Assembly: GCF_006345805.1 (NCBI RefSeq)
Contig: NW_021832800.1
Span: forward strand, 1 to 33,449
Direction of reading: 5' to 3'
DNA length: 33,449 nucleotides
From: Octopus sinensis
Lineage: Eukaryota
Under the pieces are notes generated by a model. It was not told the origin of the DNA. It was given only the letters and a program-made list of their open reading frames with translations, and searched no databases. This document shows, in pieces, positions 1 through 8,779 of the stretch. Made by a program: the position numbers and the translations under genes. Position 1 is the first letter of the stretch. Every line of letters begins with the position of its first letter.

Positions 1-1812
1 GCTTTCTCAAAAGGATCTTATGATCAACCCTGTCAAAGGCCTTGCTTGAAATCAAGGAAGATGACATCATTGTTGAACCCTCTCCCAAGGCTCTCAAAAC
101 GTCATCAAAATGATGCAGTAGCTGCATCAGGCAATCCCTTCCATTACGGAATCCATGCTGGTTGGAGTTCAGCATATCATGACTCTCAAGAAGTGAGTCA
201 TACGCGATCTCAGCACTCTCTCAAATACCATAATGATATGAGAGCTGGAGTGAGTTGGACGGTAATTCACGGCAAGCGATTTGGTTTCCTTTTTTGAAAA
301 CTGGGAATACAAACTGGGATAGGTCTTCTGGTATACATCCAGCATCCAGTGAGTTTCCGCACAGATTGGCTCAAGTGGGTGCAAGTTTGTTTTGACCCAT
401 CTTCAAGACCACAGCAGGGAACCTATCGGGACCTACTGCTGATTTATGCTTCATTTCCTTATTGCTGCTAAGAGACAATAATCATAGCACCAAGGTTATG
501 TCCGATAAAGTGTATTGGGGAGTAACATCACTGATACAGACCAGATCAGTCATATCAGGATTGCTGAAACAGAGCAATATTGTTTCTGCAATATCTCTCC
601 CATGGTTTGGCATTGTCTTGAAGAGTACCATTTTCATCAATCAGAGGGCCAACAGTAAGAACCAGTGACTGTGTTTTTGCAAATGAAAAGAATACTTTGG
701 GATTGAGTTTGATCTTCTCAATGGCCCAGGCCTGTCTTCAGCTCTTCGCTGACTATTGATGAGACTAATGTTGTTTTTTGGAGTTTATGTTTTTTAATCT
801 CTAGCGACGAGATGGCAGTCAGGTTGGTGTGTTGCTGTTGACAGTATTTCAGCAGCTCGTTTTTTTTTTGTTAATTCTTTTAATTTTCCTGATGAGAGAT
901 TTTCTATTTCTAGGGATTCGACACTTAGATTTTGTTTGCAGATCTTAATGGGGTTTGGTTTGCACATATGTTCGTAATGGTGTCTACAAATGACTGCCAG
1001 GACTTTTTGATGTTAGGGGGTGTGTATGTGTGCGTGAAGGACCAATCGACTTGTGCAAGATCATTATTGATCGCTTCCCAGTTTGCATTGTGGAAATCCA
1101 TAGTGTCAAATGGATGAACAGGATGGATGACATTTGTTTTGGTTTTGGCCGGTGAAATCTCAGATCACAGAGAACCATGTCATGGTCGGAGAGTAAAGAT
1201 TTCTCCACTGCAATATTGTGGATAGTATCAGTGTGATTGCTGAAAATTAAGTCTAAGACGTTTTTGTGACATCTCGTTGGTTCGAGCACCAGTTGGGACA
1301 GGAAGAAATCTCCCTGAAGTCAAAAAGCGATTCCACTGCCTCCCTGTCAGGGGTTGAGAGAGAAGAACCTGGCGGCAGACTGTTTGTAGACCAGTCAACC
1401 CCCGGGAAGGTTGAAGTCTCCCGTCATTAAAATGTTGTCAGGTTGACACTGCTGAATGAAACCTTTATGTTTGTTGAGGCATTCCTTGAAGCATGGTAGG
1501 GGCGTTTGGGGTGGTCTGTAGAGCCCAACTACTGTTAAGTTGTTGGTTTGACTGAATATAGCGACTGCTTCTGCTGCAGTATCCATTGGAAAATATGTTC
1601 ATAGCTTCTGTTGAGAATGAATCATGAACATAAATGGCAGTCCCACCCTTTCTTCTGCCAGCACGATCAGCACGAATGGCTTTGAAATTTTTAACTTTCA
1701 CCTCGGCTTCCAGTGGAGGTCACTAAGATGGGTTTCAGTGAGGACGAAGAAAGGATGTGGTTTGGATGGGCATCGATCCAGTCCTCCGGGAATTTTATCT
1801 TCCATTTTTGAG
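1..1812 (-). mobile_element. Decayed CR1/L2-like LINE ORF2 (APE endonuclease and start of RT), frameshifted, runs off the window start
   Basis: Minus-strand fragments in different frames: FFVLTETHL (~1715-1745), [25 protein letters not shown]...ILMTGDFNLP, PTRCHKNVLDLIFSN...LSDHDMV (endonuclease); KSLAVNYRP...IIMVFERVL, NQHGFRNGRDCLMQLL and (F)LDF/SKAFDRVDHKILLRK (RT). Confidence 0.9.
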
Positions 1813-1895
1813 TATATTTATATATATATAATATATATATATATATACATAGGTATATATACCTACATATATATATATATAAATTATAAATTTGA

Positions 1896-1981
<86 letters not shown>

Positions 1982-2000
1982 ATATATATCTATATATACA
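1812..2000. repeat. (TA)n microsatellite ending the LINE remnant
   Basis: Directly visible. Confidence 0.95.
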
Positions 2001-2394
2001 GAATACATGCATCATACATATACACGTGTATATACCCACATACGCATATATACTATCTAAAACAAAATAAAAGCCTGATCATGTCCAAAGGGTAGTACTA
2101 GATATGGTGAGTACTTTACATACTTTTCGGGTGTAATTAAATGTAAATTATAATGTTTATTTGTTAAAGTTAACAGCAGAAAATTTGCATGCGTATGTTT
2201 GTATCTTCCTGCGCGAATGCAAGTGTGCCCTTCGCATCAAAAACAAACGCGCCTACATCTTAAACTGTCATGCCTTTTATCAATATGTCAAGGGAAGTAA
2301 CTCTAAAAGTTGATTTTCAGTTATCTCCCTTACTGAGTGAGTAGTTAAGAGAATATAAATTTTCTGTTATTTTCTATTTTAACCACTTAATTTT

Positions 2395-2598
2395 TCAATT
2401 ATTTGACTGCGGCCATGGTGGAGCAATGCCTTTATTCGTGCAAATCGACCCCAGGACTTATACTTTGTAGGCCTAGTATTTAAACTATCGGTCCCTTTTC
2501 CCGAACCGCTAAGTTCGGGGAATTGTACAACACCAGCACCCGTTGTCCACGATGTTCGAGAAATAAACAGACCTTACAAACACACACACACACACACA

Positions 2599-2633
<35 letters not shown>

Positions 2634-2820
2634 ATCATATATATATATTCCATGCCGCAGCAGCGCCTTTATTCGCGAAATTCGAACCCAATACTTATTT
2701 TTTGTAGGCCTAGTATTTAATCTATTTTCTCTTTTGACGAACGCTAAGTTACGGGGACATGACACTGAACCAACCAGCACCGGTTGTCAAGCGGTGTTGG
2801 GGGGATAAACAGACATACAA
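2395..2820 (-). mobile_element. Two diverged 3'-half fragments of the CORE-type SINE (OR2-like), separated by (CA)n/(TA)n
   Basis: Similar to the better copies at 11530-12389 and 25093-25290 (tttgactgcggccatg...gccgaaccgctaag...ggggac). Confidence 0.8.
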
Positions 2821-2845
2821 ACGTGTAATATATATATCTATATAT

Positions 2846-2928
<83 letters not shown>

Positions 2929-2940
2929 TATATATATATA

Positions 2941-2975
<35 letters not shown>

Positions 2976-3057
2976 CTGTCAATAATATTCTTGTTTGGAA
3001 ATACTAAATACATCATAAACTATGTACTACAGACATTACACAACATTGTACTATATT

Positions 3058-3417
3058 TTATAAGCGATTAAAAAAAAACCACAAAAACCGTTAGATTCAC
3101 TTCAACATTTCATTTAATTTGTTCAAATCTTTTCGTCACTTTCCGACCGTGACCTGTTCACTGACAAGCTTCATATGTTATATATATATATAATATATAT
3201 ATACATATTATATATTATTACGGAGATGTACTTGCATAGCAAGTGACTTGATCTGAGATCGTGTGCTGGAACGAAAATAATTGCAGCGTGGAAGGTGTTT
3301 ATAAGCGATTTAAGAAACACACAAAAACCGTTAGATTCACTTCAACATTTCAATTGAATTTGTTCAAATCTTTTCCTCACTTTCCGACCGTGACCTGTTC
3401 ACTGACAAAGCTTCATA

Positions 3418-3456
<39 letters not shown>

Positions 3457-3657
3457 TACGGAGATGTACTTGCATAGCAAGTGACTTGATCTGAGATCGT
3501 GTGCTGGAACGAAAACAATTGCAGCGTGGAAGGTGTTTATAAGCGATTTAAGAAACACACAAAAACCGATAGATTCACTGCAACATTTCAATTGAATTTG
3601 TTCAAATCTTTTCCTCACTTTCCGACCGTGACCTGTTCACTGACAAAGCTTCGTATG

Positions 3658-3688
<31 letters not shown>

Positions 3689-3865
3689 TACGGAGATGTA
3701 CTTGCATAGCAAGTGACTTGACCTGAGATCGTGTGCTGGAACGAAAACAATTGCAGCGTGGAAGGTGTTTATAAGCGATTTAAGAAACACACAAAAACCG
3801 TTAGATTCACTTCAACATTTCAATTGAATTTGTTCAAATCTTTTCGTCGCTTTCAAACGGCGACC
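3058..3865. repeat. Tandem array of ~235-bp units (3 full + 1 partial) with internal (TA)n
   Basis: gatcgtgtgctggaacgaaaa recurs at ~3257, 3495 and 3727; reverse complement of the array at 5588-6570. Confidence 0.9.
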
Positions 3866-4479
3866 TACATTGTCCTGTCAGATTCAGGTGGATTGATCGT
3901 TCTGGCTGCGACCCCCTTTCGGGTGAATTAGAGGTCGTTCTAACACCCCTTGAAGAGAAGGACAGGCAGAGAGTATGGTAGAGCTGTCATGAGAGGGTGA
4001 TAGGCAGCAGGCGATAGAGATAGAGTAAGGAATCTTATAGCAGATAGAGAGGGTATTGGCAGTAAGAGAGGATGAGGGGAAGAGAGAAGAAAAGTAGTGA
4101 GAGAGATAGAGTATAAGGCTAAGGGACAGATGTGAGGAAGAATTAGCAGTGAGAGAGGATGAGGGGGCAGAGAAGGACAGGCAGAGAGTATGGTAGAGCT
4201 GTCATGAGAGGGTGATAGGCAGCAGGCGATAGAGATAGAGTAAAGAATCAGAGAGCAGATAGAAAGGCTATAAGCGGTAAGCGGTAGAGACAGAGGTGAT
4301 GGAGAGAGTGGAAGTCAGGACAAGGAAGTGAGGTTTTGGGCAGTGGGGTCGGCAGTGGGAGCGGGCGATGGGATGCAGGAGTTTGGCAGGCTGGATTTAG
4401 CGGTACGGAGAGATGGAGGTGCAATAATGGGACGCTGGCGATTCAATTAGGAATTCAGGTATTTAATTGTATTGATACG
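3866..4479 (-). mobile_element. Purine-rich segment with an internal ~75-bp direct duplication; possibly a degraded Penelope-like element 3' region
   Basis: gaaggacaggcagagagtatgg...gatagagtaa at ~3957 and ~4172. Minus frame near 4430-4470 reads IKYLNS*LNRQ, loosely like the end of PLE GIY-YIG domains. Weak. Confidence 0.3.
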
Positions 4480-5006
4480 TGTTACGATGTAAAGAAAGAA
4501 GAGAAAAGAAGAGAGAAAAGAAGGACTCTGATGTAGACGATAATGAACTTTGAACTGTAACGTGAATTGTTGTGATACGAACATTGTATAATGTATCGAT
4601 TATAGGGTTCTGATTGGACTGTGACGTCACGTGTACCTTTGAAATACTGTATAATGACTTGTTGTGTCTCCGGACTGTTATATTGTTACATGCATGTTTT
4701 TTAAATGCTTTGATCTGTGGTATACCCGTATGATGTATTGATTTGTTGTTTGCCTTAAATGCTTTGATGTTGTAACCATTGATTGTCATATAAACTAGTT
4801 GTTGAATGTAAGCCAGTGTTGCCAGTTGTTGCCTTGCCTCTTTTGGTGTCTCTCTCCGGTTGTATCTCTGTGTCTCGGTTGCCTTGCTGCGGTTGTGTCT
4901 CTCTCCTCTCCTCTCTCCGACGAGTTTCCGTGGCGGGAATATTCGCTGATCGAGTCGGGCCTGTCTGAGGGATTCCGTACAGTTTTCGGAGGTCCCACTC
5001 GTAACA
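4480..5006. mobile_element. Putative solo LTR
   Basis: Begins TGTTACGA (4480-4487) and ends TCGTAACA (4999-5006): TG...CA with 8-bp terminal inverted repeats. No clear TSD, PBS or PPT. Confidence 0.45.
4613..4655 (+). promoter_or_regulatory. Motif cluster: reverse CCAAT, CRE overlapping an E-box, TATA-like
   Basis: ATTGG 4613-4617, TGACGTCA 4622-4629, CACGTG 4628-4633, TATAAT 4650-4655. Motif match only. Confidence 0.3.
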
Positions 5007-5018
5007 ATATATATATAT

Positions 5019-5462
5019 AAATAATAGTTATCGCCATACTAATATGGCATTCTTATAAAAATAAGAATAAAGCTGTCCGCTTATTAGCTCCATGAGGCCA
5101 TCGCCTTAAGTTAGCTATTTGATACACAAACTGTATCCATATAACCTTCGAACAAGGGAGGTCAGTCGCTCCACACTACTTGACCGAAGCTAGGTAAATA
5201 AAACCTTCGAACAGAGATTGTCAGAAGCGACACCTACTGGTCTCGCTATGCTGCATTGAAAAGGGGCAATACCCCGAAACGCGTCTGTAGCTGCCGGTCA
5301 AGTAGTGTGGAGCGACTGACCTCCCTTGTTCGAAGGTTATATGGATACAGTTTGTGTATCAAATAGCTAACTTAAGGCGATGGCCTCATGGAGCTAATAA
5401 GCGGACAGCTTTATTCTTATTTTTATAAGAATGCCATATTAGTATGGCGATAACTATTATTT
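5019..5462. repeat. Perfect inverted repeat: 168-bp arms (5019-5186, 5295-5462), 108-bp spacer
   Basis: Arm 2 reverse-complemented by hand matches arm 1 with no mismatch seen. Confidence 0.95.
5250..5291 (+). ncRNA. Minimal type I hammerhead ribozyme motif, U3:A8 core variant
   Basis: GCTGCA-TTGAAAA-GGGG CAATA CCCC-GAA-ACGCGT-C-TGTAGC: 6-bp stem I (one G.U), 4-bp stem II, palindromic stem III, GUC cleavage triplet ending at 5285. Confidence 0.75.
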
Positions 5463-5523
5463 TCCGGGAACGCTGCCGTTGTTCTCTTTTAGATAGACTT
5501 TTAATATTTCTATTATATATATA

Positions 5524-5585
<62 letters not shown>

Positions 5586-5587
5586 AT

Positions 5588-5809
5588 ATGAAGCTTTGTC
5601 AGTGAACAGGTCACCGTCTCAGAGCGACGAAAATATTTGGACATCTAACGGTTTTGTGTGTTTCTTAAATGGCTTATAAACACCTTCCATGCTGAAATTG
5701 TTTTCGTTCTAGCACACGATATCAGATCAGGTCACTTGCTATGCAAGTACATCTCCGTAATATATATGTATATATATGTAATATATATATACATATACAT
5801 ATATATATC

Positions 5810-5882
<73 letters not shown>

Positions 5883-6092
5883 GCTTTGTCAGTGAACAGG
5901 TCACCGTCTCAAAGCGACGAAAATATTTGGACATCTAACGGTTTTTGTGTGTTTCTTAAATGGCTTATAAACACCTTCCATGCTGAAATTGTTTTCGTTC
6001 CAGCACACGATATCAGATCAGGTCACTTGCTATGCAAGTACATCTCCGTAATATATATATGTATATATATGTATATATATGTATATATATAC

Positions 6093-6137
<45 letters not shown>

Positions 6138-6303
6138 GCTTTGTCAGTGAACAGGTCACCGTCTCAAAGCGACGAAAATATTTGGACATCTAACGGTTTT
6201 TGTGTGTTTCTTAAATGGCTTATAAACACCTTCCATGCTGAAATTGTTTTCGTTCCAGCACACGATATCAGATCAGGTCACTTGCTATGCAAGTACATCT
6301 CCG

Positions 6304-6373
<70 letters not shown>

Positions 6374-6570
6374 TAAGCTTTGTCAGTGAACAGGTCGCGG
6401 TCGGAAAGCGACGAAAATATTTTAACAAATTCAATTTAAATGTTGAAGTGAATCTAACGGTTTTTGTGTGTTTCTTAAATCGCTTATAAACACCTTCCAC
6501 GCTGCAATTATTTTCGTTCCAGCACACGATCTCAGATCAGGTCACTTGCTATGCAAGTACATCTCCGTAA
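5588..6570. repeat. Tandem array of 4 units of the same ~235-bp family, inverted relative to 3058-3865
   Basis: aagctttgtcagtgaacagg at ~5590, 5881, 6135 and 6375, with variable (TA)n spacers. Confidence 0.9.
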
Positions 6571-6825
6571 TGTACTTTATTGCTACACAGAAATAAGTAA
6601 AAAAAAAAAAAAACAAGAAAAAACATTTTCTAGTAAAAAAATTTTTTTATTGAATTAGAAAAAAATTCATTTTAATTAACAATAAAACAAATCAGTAAAT
6701 CCGGGAATCTTGTTAGTGTTTGTTGTATTGGTTGCAGTACTGGTACTATCAGTGGTATTGTCTTGGTGGTAGTTGTTCCTAGGGATTCTCATGTTGCTGT
6801 AACTAGTAATAGTAGTAATTAGTTA

Positions 6826-7220
6826 GATAATTAGTTAGTTAGTTAGTTAGTTATTTCATTTTTGGCTCAAAAAGCAAAAAGCAAGGCCATGTAGGGGGGA
6901 CATGGAGTTATGTACAGGGTGGTGTTCATGTAAAGAGTTCAGGCCATTTCTGGTCAAGGGAGACTTTGAACCGAGCGGTCGTCAGCATCTTCACATCATC
7001 GTCCGAAGCTTGTTCCACGGATCCGCAACCCGGACGGAGAAAGACCCTCTCCTTCGACTGAGATGAGATCGTCGCAGATAGAGCTTTTCTGAGTGACCCC
7101 GCAACCTACGCTCTGGAGCAGGAGTGAAGAACAGCTCTTTCGAGAGGTTACACTTTCCGCTTATGATGTTGTGAGCAAGAATGAGATCACCACGGCGTCG
7201 TCTAGGGGGTATGGAGAAAA
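6826..7220 (-). mobile_element. 3' end of CR1-like LINE 'A' with 3' UTR and (TAAC)n tail
   Basis: Minus frame: RRRRGDLILAHNIISGKCNLSKELFFTPAPERRLRGHSEKLYLRRSHLSRRRGSFSVRVADPWNKL, matching the CR1 ORF2 C-terminus pattern; (ttag)n at ~6830-6855. Confidence 0.85.
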
Positions 7221-8052
7221 TCAGGTGTAGTGTTGGTGAAACTCAGGAAGCATGGAAGTTTTGAAGGATGCAGTGCTCCGACAACTAACAACTGATGCCG
7301 GCAGTTTGTTCCATGCTTGTGTGTGTATGGAGGGGAGAAGATCAGGTGTAGTGTTGGCGAATCTCAGAAAGCATGGACGTTTTGAAGGATGCAGTGCTCC
7401 GACAACTAACAACTGATACCGGCAGTTTGTTCCATGCTTCAGCGTGTGTATGGAGGGGAGAAGATCAGGTGTAGTGTTGGCGAATCTCAGGAAGCATGGA
7501 AGTTTTGAAGGATGCAGTGCTCCGACAACTAACAACTGATGCCGGCAGTTTGTTCCATGCTTGTGTGTGTATGGAGGGGAGAAGATCAGGTGTAGTGTTG
7601 GCGAATCTCAGGAAGCATGGAAGTTTTGAAGGATGCAGTGCTCCGGCAACTAACAACTGATGCCGGCAGTTTGTTCCATGCTTGTGTGTGTATGGATGGG
7701 AGAAAATGAAGTGTAGTGTTGGTGAATCTCAGGAAGCATGGAAGTTTTGAAGGATGCAGTGCTCCGACAACTAACAACTGATGCCGGCAGTTTGTTCCAT
7801 GCTTGTGTGTGTATGGATGGGAGAAAATGAAGTGTAGTGTTGGTGAATCTCAGGAAGCATGGAAGTTTTGAAGGATGCAGTGCTCCGACAACTAACAACT
7901 GATGCCGGCAGTTTGTTCCATGCTTCAGCGTGTGTATGTAGAGGAGAAAATCATGTGTAGTGTTGGCGAATCTCAGGAAGCATGGAAGTTTTGAAGGATG
8001 CAATGCTCCGATAACTAACAACTGATGCCGGCAGTTTGTTCCATGCTTCAGC
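7221..8052 (-). repeat. 7 tandem copies of a 121-123-bp unit equal to the last ~32 codons plus 3' UTR of LINE 'B'
   Basis: Unit starts at 7221, 7342, 7465, 7586, 7707, 7828, 7951; each reads AWNKLPASVVSCRSTASFKTSMLPEIRQHYT* on the minus strand. Confidence 0.95.
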
Positions 8053-8600
8053 AACTCTCAGCGTGAAAAAATGTTTCCTGAAGTCATGGGAGCTGTGCTG
8101 TTTTCTGACTTTCTAAATATGACCACGGGTGTTAGATGGGTGGAGTTTGAAAAGGTGCTCAGAGTTATTGTTTGTAAGATGGTTAATAATTTTATGGGTG
8201 TCTGCCAAGTCAGCTGCCAGACGTCGGAGTTTTAATGTATCCATGCCCAGGGAAGTAAGGCGTTCAGAATATGGCAAATTCCTGGTGGAGGGTATTCTTT
8301 TGGTTGCACATCGCTGAGCGGCTTCCAGACGATTGATATCCTGGGCAAGAAAGGGGTTCCGGACCGGTGATGCAAATTGCAGGTGAGATCTTACCATAGC
8401 TATATAAAGCCGCAGATAGATAGTCGGAGAGCGGCTCACAAAGGACTTGGTGAGTGATGCCAAGACACCCTCAGCCTTCTTGGCAATTTTAGCAATGTGT
8501 TTTGTCCAACAGGAAGCTCTATTGACAATAATACCCAGGTCACGTTCACAAGAAGACTTTTTGAGATTAGTGTTGTGGAGGGAGTAATTGGACGCTGGGT
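7951..8600 (-). mobile_element. 5'-truncated CR1-like LINE 'B', ORF2 C-terminus with one in-frame TAG (8113-8115)
   Basis: CERDLGIIV...YIAMVRSHLQFASPVRNP...LEAAQRCATKRIP...LPYSERLTSLGMDTLKLRRLAADL...NTRGHI*KVRKQ...RKHFFTLRVAEAWNKLP. Confidence 0.92.
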
Positions 8601-8779
8601 AGTAAAAAATATATGTAAAAGAAGGAAGGAAAATCAATGTTTTTTCGTCCTCTCTTCCGTTGTCACTTTCCATGATGAATATTTTAATTATTATTGTTGA
8701 AGCTGTTGTCATCGTCTTAATTCTTGTTCTTGCATTTGTTGTTGTTGTTGTTATAGCAATTGCTGCTGATTTTTTGTGC

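Noticed and set aside
1624-2095. ORFs rich in IYIY/YIYI (here and throughout the window)
   Set aside because: Translations of (TA)n microsatellites, which lack stops in some frames.
2288-2305. agggaagtaactct matching the Helitron internal motif at ~17058
   Set aside because: Only ~15 bp with no flanking similarity or termini; not enough to call an element.
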